Both the position numbers and the translations under genes were made by a program. DNA of 64,000 nt, taken from contig NC_133618.1 of assembly GCF_048593235.1 (NCBI RefSeq), positions 660,436,361 to 660,500,360 on the forward strand, read 5' to 3'. Source of the DNA: Sminthopsis crassicaudata. Lineage: Eukaryota. Shown here in pieces: positions 37,101 through 49,100 of this stretch. How positions within the stretch are numbered: position 1 is the stretch's first letter; the number at the start of each line of letters is the position of its first letter. The notes beneath the pieces are model-generated. The model worked only from the letters and a program-made list of their open reading frames with translations, was not told the origin of the DNA and did no database searches.

Positions 37101-40100
37101 TAGAGAAGGAGAAGGCCAGGAAAAATTTAGAACACAGGAGCTGCACAAGGACTTGGGCAGCACATTGGAAACAAGTCACAAGTGCAAAGCCACATGGAAG
37201 CCATCCCTGAGGCCCTCTTTCCCCCCTCCCCCCAGACTTGACCCTAAAAGAGGGCCCTTGGTGATCTTTGGTTCATTTCCCTCATTTTCCAAGGTTCATA
37301 GCCATGAAGTAATCACACAGAGGTGGCAAAGCTAAGCTTTTCACTCAGGTCTTCTGACTCCCAGAAGCAGCACAAAGGAATGGACAGAGTGCTGGACGTC
37401 ATCAGAGAGTTCTAACCCTGTCTGACCCTGTAACATTAGCACATCTCTTCATGTACTGGCATCCGTCTCTAAACCTGTGCAGTTAGGGAGTTAAACTGAA
37501 TGATCATCAGGGAGCCTTTAACTATCAATTCAAGATCTTTGGACTCCCAAAATAGTGCTTTTTCCAGGAATCCATGCTACACCAAGTCCCTGATAATGAG
37601 CGGGGTCTCTAGAGTTAACTCTGCTCTCAGCGGAGTTCAAGAGAAAATAGGAGACACCATTTTACATAGTTTGAATAGGAGTGTTAGGTCGTTTTTTCAG
37701 TCTTGTCTAATTCTTTGTGATTCCAGCAAAGACTCTAGAATATTTCGCCATTTCCTCCTCCAGCTCATTTTACAGATGAGGCAGAAAGGGTGAAGTGATT
37801 TGGCCAGGGTCACCCAGCTAGGAAGTATCTGAGGCCTGAGTCACTAATGTGGAATTAACTCCATATTGTGGAATACTCCCTTTGAGTTAGTGAATAAAAG
37901 TTAATCGCTCACTTGGGGATAGGAAGTTTAATCCTTTATTTTAACTTATGGTTTAGGCCAGAAGGAGGTTGAGTCCTGGGAGATCCATTACAGACAAGCC
38001 GTCTGGCCCTCAGTCCCCAGAATTCATCTGAGAACTGTAATGTTCTGTTGTCTCTAGATCCTAACAGAGAGCCTTGGAAGGACAAGCTTTGAGTCTCCAA
38101 GTGATGACAAGGTGACAGGCCCTCTAACATGAAGCAGCCAGACCTGCCACTTCCTAGTGCTATGACTTGGGCAAGAGTTTTCACTCTTTGGGCCTGTTTC
38201 CTTGTCTGAAAAATGATAAAAGCTGGACTGGATGACTTCGGGATCCCTTCAGCTCCAGAAGGGGATCTTAAGATTCCAGTTTCTCGTGCTGTCTCCAGAG
38301 GTATCCCCACCGGGTCCAGATTGTTGGCTCTTGGTGCTGGGATGATCTCTCCCCAGAACGTTCAGCCACACCTGTCCTGTGGAAACCCTCTCATATCTCA
38401 GCATCTTAATGGCGTCAACTAGAGAAAGTGGAAGCCTGCCTGCTTGAGTCACTCATTACCCAAAGGTCCGGACCCAGTCAGTGCACTTTAGCACCTGTGA
38501 CTGCTAACCCGGCCTGCTCCTTAGCCCCACCTCCTCTCCACCTCCCCACAGACTCAGATAACTCGTTCTGGGGCAGGGAGTGTCCGATTTCTGGCCTTAA
38601 CAAGATTGCTCATCCTGGCTCTGAAAGTGGAACAGGTCCCATAGCTCTTTCCCAAGAGGCCATAGTTTTTAGAGTTGTCAACTGACCCTTGATCAAACTG
38701 AAATGGAGACATCCCCAGTCCCACCCCTGTATGTCTAAGAAGCCTCTAAGAAAGGGTGTTTCCAGGCCTGGGGCTCTGGGGAGTCTTTTCATGTCCTAGC
38801 TACCAGCAGTTAGAGTGAAGCCAGGCACCAGCAGGTGTGGGGCTTTTGCTTGTTCCTGAGGGGTAGATGCTGACAGTGGTCACTCCTCCCTGCCCCATCT
38901 TGTCTGGCTGGGCCAGGCTCTTTGCCAGCTGGCAGTTGGCCTGTATTGAGACATGAACATGAAGTGCTCTTCTTCTCAGAGGCCTTTGTATAGGATGAGA
39001 AGACTGCCACATTTAAAGCCAAAGAAATGATGGGATTACAGCAAGGGATTGAGAAGCAACAGTCTAGGCAATCCCAGAGTGTGGGCCCTGGCACTCCACC
39101 TCAGAAAGCTCCATTTTGCTTTAAGGCTGTGATCCCTCCAGTTGCCTCAATGTTCCCATTACTCCCTGGAGCTGAGAAACTAGAAAAGAAGAAGGAGAGA
39201 GCAAATGTCCCTTCCAGAGTTAGGCCACGAAAAAGAGGGGGAGTCTGGTGCTCCCAGGAGCCTTTTAAACAGGAGAGTTTTATTCTTCAGGAGCTCGGCC
39301 TTTGCTGAGGCAGGCTGTGATAGAGCTAAATTCTGAAGTCAAAAAACACGCTCTTTCCAACTTTGTGGTGTGAATTTGATGGGGTAAAGATAGGATGAAG
39401 CTTCACTTTTGGCTAGAATGGGATTTTAATGATGGGGAGGATCTGGGGTAGGTAGACACAGCCCCTTCGAAGCCCTAAGGATCCTCAGAGGGGTTCTTGT
39501 TCCTTGTGGGCAGTTCTCCCTCACTGCTTTGCTCCCTGTCTATCTCCTTCTCATGAGTTGGAACTCTGGCATCTCTTGGTCTGGCTCTAAGCTTCTGTTC
39601 ACTTGAGGATTTGGAGGCATCCATTGTAGCATTGAATTTCTTGATCGTTATCCAATCTCATTCAGATTTCAGGTTTTTATTGGGATAGGAATCGGAGAGC
39701 AGGAAGATCTGCATCCCATTCCGGGAAGTAGGTTCCTACACCTTAGCAGAGCTTCTCTTATTTGATCTTTACAACAGACCTATAAAATAGGTCAGACACT
39801 GTTTATTATCTTCGTTTTATTGCTGAAGAAACAGACTCAGAGAGTTAAGTTGCCCCCAATGACAGGGCTGGGACTTCAGCTCTGGTTTTCAGGCTCAGTT
39901 TAATTCAAAGAGCATATATTAAGTACTTATTGTGTGCTGGACACAGAACCAGGCACTGTAGATACCCAGGAACAAAGCCAATATCTACCTTCAAGAAGCT
40001 TACATTTTACTGAAGTAAAACATGTACAATATATCCATAGTAAGATTGGGGGGGAAGTTCAGGAGGCATTTGAGCAGAATCTCGACTGAAACTAGACAAA

Positions 40101-43100
40101 AGGTAGCAAGAGAGAACATTCAAAATACAGAAGACAAATTGTTCAAAGAAAGGTATAAGGTCTAGAGGTAAAATATAATTTATGGGAGCTATTGAGCAGG
40201 CCATAGACTGTATGCTGGGGCTCAGAAAGGGGTCGGATGGGTCCAAATTATTAAGAGCTTTTACTACCAAACAGAGCATTAGTATTTTATCCAGGAGGTC
40301 ATAAGGAGCTTCTGGAACAGTCCCTGTGATCAGACTTGGGTTTTTAGGGTCACCATTTTGATAGCTGTGTGGAGTATATGGAAAGGGGAGACCACTAATA
40401 TATAAAGAAGCTAATGGAGTGAGAGGGGATGAGGAGTTGGACTAGGGTGGGAAGTAGCCTTATTGTGAGAGGTTTTGAAGGTAAAATCAACAAGACTTTG
40501 TAAATGACTGGATGTGGAAATTGAGGGAAAGAGAAAAGTTACTGATGTGGAAGGATCCAGTAGTCCAGTAAACATTTAGTGTCTACTATGTGGCAGGCAC
40601 TGTTTAAGTATTAAAGATGGTACTGCTCTCGAGGAGCCTACAATATAAAACACCAGAGGATATAGGAACTGTCAGGGTGGGGTGCTTGGCACAGTGCTGT
40701 CTTTTTCTCTGGAGCTGAAACCAGACTGGGCGTCAGATGCAATGCAGAGTGAGCTGAGGGCACAGTATCTTTTGTATATAGAGGAAGGCATTGGGAGGAG
40801 TTTGCCTTCCAATCAGAGGAGAGAGCAGGCTTGGAGAGGTGGTGTCAGGGCTAGTTAGCCCAGGGCATGAGCTTAGAGGTGATGAACTTATGCTAGGAGG
40901 AGCATCTTGTTTGTTTTGGACATGTTGAGTTTATGATGTGGGACATCTAAGTGGAGATGTCCAGTGAGCCATCGGTGAGACGTTCTGGAGAGAGAGCTGG
41001 AATCCTCTTCCAGTATCCGAGGGAGAGGCTCTTCCTGTCTAAAGAGCTGTGAAAACATATGATTGCTCCCTCCCTGTGGTGGGCAGAGGGTCCTCTCAAT
41101 AACTAGTATTTTATTTCATGGTGTCAGGAGTGGGATTAGATAGAACCATCAGACTCTGGTCAGCGGCAGTGCCTGTGCTAGGGGGTCATGTGCGCCTCCT
41201 TGGAGGCTCAGGGCTTCCAAATGAGAAGACATCTTGTCATTAACAGAGGTCTTCAGACTTCCACTCTTTTCCCTTGCTACTGGACTTCATGGATCTTCTT
41301 TTCCCTAGGATCCGTCTGTGACCCAGCTGACCAATCCTCCTCAGGGTGGCCTGGCTGAATTCAACCCTTTCTCAGAGAATTCCCGGCTGGTGAGTGTGCC
41401 CTGACTTCCTTCTCCCCCTTCAGGTTGGTGCCTCTCTCCACATACTTTATGGTTCCCTCTGGAGCCTCTGTACCCTCTGTTTTAGGGTAGTGGGATAAAG
41501 AGAAGGAGGGAGCTCTGAGGACATCTGTGCTCTCAAAGAAACAATTTTTAAGTAATGTGTAAGTCTTCTTGGAGGTTCTGGTAGACTCTCAGTAAGGATT
41601 GATAGGGCTTTTTCCATCACAAGATGGTTCAAGCCATTGAAATTGCCTTCTCCAAAGTAAGAAGGATAAAGAATCAAAGGAACAATAAATCTGACCTAGT
41701 GTTGCCCTTATGTGTTCTGGACAAGAAACTGGGGACAGCCTATGGCTTGAGAGCTGAGATCCCCTGTCCAGGAGATGGCTTAGTCTGTTCCAAATCATGG
41801 TTCTTCCCATCAGAGCCTCATACATGTGTCTGCTGCTGTTTGTCCCTTCCAGAAATCCTAGTACCCATTGGCTTCTGTCTCTGCTCTGTAGGAAAATTCC
41901 CTGTGATCTGGAGTTGTCCCTTTCTTGAAATCAGTTTTATGTTATCTCTTCCCTTAGACTCATGCAGCCACGACAGTCCCAGCCACCCAGGCCACGGGGC
42001 CCTCCCAGCCTGCAGTCCTCCAGCCCTCAGTGGAACCAACCCCCCAGGTACTGTTTTGAATGCTCTCCCCTTGGAAGCCCTGCCTGGGACAGGACAGGGA
42101 GGGGTGGAGAGCACCCTCAGGGCCTGATGTAGGCTTGCCTTGCCATGCCGAGGGGCATGACCTCAGGTTTTCCTAATTCCATTCCATTGGGGAAGACCGC
42201 CCCATGGGATCCCCAGATTATCCCGAGCTCTCCCTGGAGGCAGTCAGCTTGGTCCTTTTGGTTAGGGGTTTATCTTTGCTTACCCAAGTGGAAATTCTAG
42301 GGCCAGGGAAGGCGAGACTTTGGACATACGTACAGTGAAATATCAGGGTTTAGGCCCGTCTCCCAGTAGAGCACCCAGTTTCTCTTCCATCCTTCTTGCT
42401 CTCCAAGGCAACAGAGAGTCACTGAGTGGTAGAGTCAGACACAGTGTAGTTGTATGTTGCAGCTCCTGCACAGACAGGCCAACAAGTACCCAATTACCGG
42501 GTCCCTGGTAGCCAGGGTTCATAGAGAGTCAGATGCTTCCAGGAAGAGAGAATGCTCTGAAGGGCAACCCCAAGCAAAAGCTTCATCAGGTAGGCAATAA
42601 GTGTAGATGGGAGAGAGCGGGCATTCTCCTCCAGCCCCCGAGCCAGAGCCAGGCTGAGATGGGCATGCTTGGGGGGGCCCCACTTTCGCATCAGGCCAGA
42701 GCCAAGCCAGGTCCCCCAGCAGTTCCATTTTCCCCAGAACCCGGTTCTCAGCATTGTACAGTAGAAAGCTCTGGGTTGGGGCAACTAGGTGGCGCAGTGG
42801 ATAGAGCATCAGCCCTGAAGTCAGGAGGACCTGAGTTCAAATGTGATCTCTCACACTTAACACTTCCTGGCTGTGTGACCCTGGGTAAGTCACTTAACCC
42901 CAATTGCCCCCCCCCCAAAAAAAAAAAAAAAAAAAAAAAGCTCTGAGTCCCTCCCTCCCCTGTCCAGGGAACATTTCCTCATGTACCTAATAAAGGAGCT
43001 GAGCCTCTTCTGTTCCTGATTGCTGGCCTGGTGAACCCTCCTTGGCTCCCAGTGACTACTTTTATTTAGCTCTGTGGGAGACCCAAGGGTAGGGGGGGGT

Positions 43101-46100
43101 AGAGAAGGAAGAATTTTGGGTGTGAAATCCCAGGTCTTTGATTTGAATTCTGACCCCTTCTGGCCTCCATGCATCATCTGGAAAGTATAAGACCCTGCCA
43201 GCTCCTAGGACCCTAGGTAGTAGGTCCTTGGAAACCAAGTCCTGCACAAAGGCAGAGCTCTCATTGGTGAGAAGTGCATCCCTCGGCCTTGGGGCAGGGC
43301 CCTCACTGCTTAACAGCCCTGAGTAAGGGCCTGCTTCTTCACACTGAGCTGCAGGCTCAAAAGCTGGCATCACAGCAGGCTTGGCTCTGCTGACTCTCCC
43401 CCAGGCCTCTGTCCCGGACTCCTGGGTGATAACTGTAGCATTCCCACAGCAGCCAGAGACCTACCACGTGTGGTATCCTCTCTTTTCAAGATCTTCTGTG
43501 GGACTGGGGATGGACTAGAACATGGATTCCTTTTTTAGGAAGGCCTGGCTTAAATAACCATTGGACCCGGAGGGGCAAACTTCTAACCCTTTCCAAAAAG
43601 GAAAAGGACAGTGTGGTTCTGTGCCTTCGGCCATTGGGGATATCCTAGTTGATTGAGACCAGATCTGTGGCCATGTGTTGAGCAGGGTATATTCATGAGA
43701 TTCAAAGGCTGGGAGGTCAACTTGTCTCTTCTTCCCTTTCACCATCCCTGCCTACAGACCTGGGTATTAGACCCTGACCGCAGCATCCCTGACTTCCTGC
43801 CCAGTGTGCAGAGGAGGCAGATCTTTGACTCCCAGAATCCCTGCAGCTAAACAGAACCGAGATAAATCAGGGGCAGTTTGGGAATTGTGTCTGTCCTCAG
43901 ACCTCCACATCTGGTACTTGGGAGGAGAGCCCAGGAAGCCCTGGTGTTCAGCTGCATACAATCAGCTTCCAAAGTATCTGGTTGGGATCTACACGTCCCC
44001 CTCAGGCTGTATAACACCATCCTCTTGAGCCTGTGCTGCTCCTTAATGAATTGCTTTAATCTTTGGTCATCTGGCAAAAATTTGTCACCTGTGTTCTGCA
44101 GTTGTGGGTGTAAATAGTTGGGGGGGGGTGGAATAGTGAAAGGCAGGAAGCAGGCCTGGGAAAATCTCTCTGATCTGGAGATCAAAGTCCTTGGGGACCT
44201 GATACCAGGGCTGATACCCAATGTAGAGCTGTCTTTGGGTGGCCAAAGAGGCTCCCTCTGACCTCCTGATCAGCCCCCGGGCATCTGCTTCTTGTAGGCA
44301 CTGGCCTCTGCCGGCCAGGCTGGACTGTTGCAGCAGCAGGAGGAGCTGGAGAGGAAGGCTGCCGAGCTGGACAGGAAGGAGCGCGAGCTGCAGAATGCCG
44401 CAGCCAACCTGCACGGTGAGGCCGCTGCTCTGGGGGACTGCTGCAGCCCTCTCGGGCCTCCTGCCTGCCCTCCTTCCCTAAAATGTCTCCTGGGTGAGGG
44501 GCAGCTAGGTGGTGGCGCAATGGATAGAGCACCAGCCCTGAAGTCAGGAGGTCCTGAGTTCAAATGTGGCCTCAGACACTTCCTGGATGTGTGATCCTGG
44601 GAAAGTCACTTAACCCCAGTTGCCTCTGCCCCCCCAAAAAAAAATGTCTCCTGGGCAACTTGAGAGACAGCAGACTCGACCTGAGCAGTGTGACCTTGGG
44701 CAGGGAGGGGAGTGGAGGGAGGCTGTTAACATCTATCCAAGGGGGACTCTGTCTTTATTCAGGGGTTCAGGAAGAAGGGCTTTTGTCCATTGTTTAGATT
44801 AAAAAACTAAACACCCTAGCGGCATCCTGGGGTGCATTCTGGGTAAAAGGCCAAGAACATGGAGGTGAAGGGGTATGGATGCTCTCCAGATCCCCTGCTC
44901 TGTGCTTCTGGCTCCCTCACAGGTGACCGAGACAGGAACTGCCTCCCTGCACTTTCTGGTCATGACTCTATGTCCTGGACAAGAGGTTTTGAGGCTGATG
45001 GATGACAGTAATCATGCTTGTGTAGAATGTTAAGCTTTGCAGAACCCTTTTGTGCCTGACAGGTTATTTGGAGACAGTTTCTAAAACGTGATCTCTGAGT
45101 CCTTCCCTTCCCTAACACCACTTTTGAGATCGGAGGTGCTTGTGGCCGCCCACTTGGTTGTTGGCTATTTAGTGCATCCTGAATGCTGGGCCCCTGGGTT
45201 CTCCTGTTCTTCCGGCCCAGGCAGAGCAGTGCCTCAGTTCTCCTTTAAGAGCCTCCCCCACCTTCTTCCTTTTCTCACAGTGAGGCCGAACAACTGGCCC
45301 CCACTGCCCGCCGGCTGCCCCATCAAGCCCTGCTTCTACCAGGATTTCTCTGCAGAGATCCCAGCTGATTACCAGCGAACATGTAAAATGCTGTATTACC
45401 TCTGGATGTGTGAGTATGTGTGGAGGCCCAGCAGGGCCTGAGCTTGGGAGGATCTGGGTGTCTACAGGTGAATGAACCCCAGGGATTCCTTGCTTACCCT
45501 TTGGCCACAGATGGCAGCCCCCGGTCTGAACCACATCAAATTGCCGGGGCTTAGCCTGGAGCCAGGCTCAAAGAGTTCCGCTGAAGTTTGCACTTGCTCT
45601 GTTTGGGGGGAGCAGAGAGGAGGAAGCTTTTTGGTCATTGAGATGCCTTGTGACTGACATCCCTCAGCTTTCCCCTCACCCTCTTTTCCCTGTCACTAAA
45701 GTAGAAAATGACCTAGGACAGCTAAGAACTCCCACTAGTCCTAACATAGCATCATGGGAACCACTTGGCTTTTTGTGACTCAGGACGTAGCCCTAAGTGC
45801 AGAGTCTTCCCGGGCCGATCCTGTGCCTCCAGATGAGGGACTAGACATGGCATCTAGCCCTCCCTTCCTCTGGGGAGTCTGTAGCTCTCTTGGCAATTTG
45901 CTTTGGAAGTTGCAGATGGCTTGGCCTTTTACCTCTTATGGGATGATGCTCCCTTTAAGTGCCCAGTCTCATGAGTTCATGAAGAATCAGGATGGAGAGA
46001 ACTGACACCCATTTGCCAAATGCAGCTAGATGCCTTCTTTCTCCCCATGATTCAGACGTTTAGTAAGTCTTTTGCTAAGTGCCTACTGTGTGTAGAGTAC

Positions 46101-49100
46101 AGTGCTGAGGAAGCAGTGCAGGTTGATGACAGAATGCTACCCTTGCTGGGCACAGGACAGGGCTCCAGATGAGTCTGGAACAGAGACTGGAGGCCACTCA
46201 TGGGATGTGTCAGGAGGTGAGCAAGGCCCTTCTGTGCTGGCATTGGACGGGGGCTGCCAGCCTTCTTTGCAGGTTTCACCAGGGTGTCCCGGAGGGCCTT
46301 GGGTTCCATGGAGTCAGGCTGCTGTGGGGCAGCATGTGAGACCCAGAGGAGAGACCGTGCAGGTGTGTGTGGGAGGTAGAGATGGGCAGAGACATGGCAG
46401 AAGGGCCCATGGTGCTGGGGGAAAACAGTAGAGGCCTGAGCACACAGGGAGCCAGGGAAGAGGGGGCCGTTTTCCTTGCCAGAACAGCCCTGCCCCCAGC
46501 CATGATCTTGGCCCCCTCTCCTCCTGTCTCCTCGGCATTGTCCCTTCTGGCATCCCCCCTCACTCTCCTTTGCTGCTGCCACTGTCGCCCAGGATCTCCT
46601 GGATCTCCCCTCCATGCTGAGTCTCCCTGGGATACTCTGGCCGCTAATCTCTAGCCACATTCTCCCAAAGCAAATAGCCCAGGATTTTGGCCTTTTCTCA
46701 GCCCTTGTTCTTGACTTCTCTGCAGCCCTTGGTAGCTGTGGAAAGACCTGCTTTCCCTGGATGCTCTGTCCTCCCCAGGCTTCTGGGACACTTTTCTCCC
46801 CTGCTTTTCCTCCGTCTCCTTCCATAGTTCACCATCTATGACATGTCTTCTGACTGGGTCAGCCCCACCAGATTTCTCCTGGATCTATCTAAGTGACTTC
46901 ATCATCTCTGTGCCTAGTATCTGTCCGTCTGTCCCCTCTTCCCCCTTCCTCTCCTTCCTCTCCCTCTGTCTCTCCCTCTAATCCTGTATTGTTAGCTGCC
47001 TGCGGCCATTGCAGCTTGGATGTCTTGTGGACATCTCCAACCCTGAAATCATAATCTTTTTCCCCAAACTCACCCCTCTTCTTCATCTCCCTATTTCGAT
47101 TGAGGATCTCATGCTCTGTCCCTCCCCTGCTTCACAGCTTGCCAAGGTTCACCTCTGGATTTCTCCTTTGCCTTCTGTGTCTGCCTTGCCCCACCTGTCC
47201 CACCCAGGCTTCTGTCCCCCTCTCACCCAGCCTGTGGCCATTGTCTCTTCCCTGCTCTCCCTGCTTCCCCTCCGAGCCATCCTTCATACAGCTGCCTGGG
47301 TGCCAGTCTGACTGTGCCCTTTCCCTGCTCAGTAAACTCTTGGGACTTCCTGTTTCTCCCAGCAACAAATGCAGCTTCCCCTGGCATTGAGATCAGTTCT
47401 CGGCCTGGCCCGGAGCCTCCCTTTGCTATCTTATTTCTCATGCTCTGGTCCAGCCACACTGGCCTGCGTGCTGCTGCTCGCCTGTGACAGTCCATCTCCC
47501 GCCTTCAGAACAGGCTTTTCTCCAGACTTTGAATCAATCCCTCCTCACCTCTGTCTTGAAGGACCCCTCATTTCCTCCAGGGCCGCTCCCTCCTGGATCA
47601 TCCTGGGTCTCTGCATAAGACTCCATCTAGACACCTTGTCTCTTCTGGCAGGGTTCCAAGCTCTTTGAGGGGAGGAACTGTCCTGCTGTTGTCTCCCTGC
47701 TTTCAGAGCCAGCACTGTTCCTTGCACCTATTAGGTACCTAGTCAGGACTCAGTGATCAACTCACTGAATTGTAGTCTTTGCCAGGTTACTAAAAAGTGG
47801 TCCTGTCACTCGCTCACCCCGTCTGCCGGCTTGATTTCCCCAATCCTGGAGCCCAGTTTCTTCCCTGGGTGCGTGGGCTGGTCTGACCCCTCACCTGGCA
47901 ACCCTGGTATAATCTTTCTTGCCTCCTTCCCCAGTGCATTCAGTGACTTTGCTCCTGAATCTTCTTGCCTGCCTGGCCTCGTTCTATGCTCACGATTATA
48001 GGGGGGTTGACTTTGGCCTCTCCATCCTGTGGTTTGTGCTCTTCACCCCCTGTGCCTTCATCTGTTGGTACCGACCCATCTACAAGGCCTTCAGGCAAGT
48101 GGGGGCCAGGGCTGGGGCATGGGGGGGTCGGGGCCTGGCAGGCCCATTGGGCTGCTTTGAGCCAGAGCTGATGGAGTGGGGCTTCATCCCCTTGGGCTTG
48201 GCCTTGTCTCGGCTCACTTTGGTGCCGAGGAAGCCGTGATACCATCTCTCTCCTCTCCACAGGTCTGACAACTCCTTCAGCTTCTTCGTGTTCTTCTTTG
48301 TGTTCTTCTGCCAAATCGCCATCTACGTCATACAGCTCGTGGGCCTCCCGGGCTGGGGAAACAGGTGAGGCTGGGCTGCTCCCACCCTTGTCTGCCTATT
48401 CCTTCATAGCTCTCTCTGTGCTGTGGTTCCTGGCTCCCCTACCCAAAGCTAGCAGACTTCCAGCCTGCCTCCTGTCACTGGTTTGTTTTTTGTTTGTTTG
48501 TTTGTTTGTTTTTTTTTGAGACTAAGAAAGCCTCCGTCTGGAACAGAGCTGGTCCTTTACTTTGGGTCATAAGTCCCAGTCCCTTCTCACAGGCAGGACT
48601 AGGGACTTTAGAAAGGGCTGGGCAAGCCTAGATGCTGCCTTCTCCTTCCCCTGGTTCCTGTGAATGGAGGACTCTGGGGCCCCAAACTCAAGGAGGTTTG
48701 GTCTTTGGCATTCCCACATGTCCACAGACCCTGAGAAAAGATCCGAATTGATGCTTTCTTTCTGCCTCAGTGCTCACAAGAAATTTCCAACAAAAAAGTC
48801 AGGCCTGCCACTCTGCTCAGGCAGAACCTGGACTGAATGGGTCTGTTCTACCCTCCCTTCAGCAGCAAATCCTGAGCTAATAGGAGAGTGTTCTTCACCC
48901 CTCATTCCTTCTCCCCTTCCCTCTTTTTCTCTTTCCTCTATCTCCCTCGTTTCCTGTCTCTCCCCCTTCTTTCCTTTTTCCCCTCCTCTCTCCCCCCCTT
49001 CTCTTGGTCCTCCTCCATCTCTCTCTGTGGTTCTTTCCCTGGTCCACTTTGCTGCTTCTCACTGTAGTTCTTTAAAACTCTTTCTGATTAGAGGCCTCCA

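Noticed and set aside
46052-46825. 257-aa ORF on the - strand, the longest in the track
   Set aside because: Antisense within SCAMP2 intron 5, overlaps L2-like sequence, and shows no recognisable domain.
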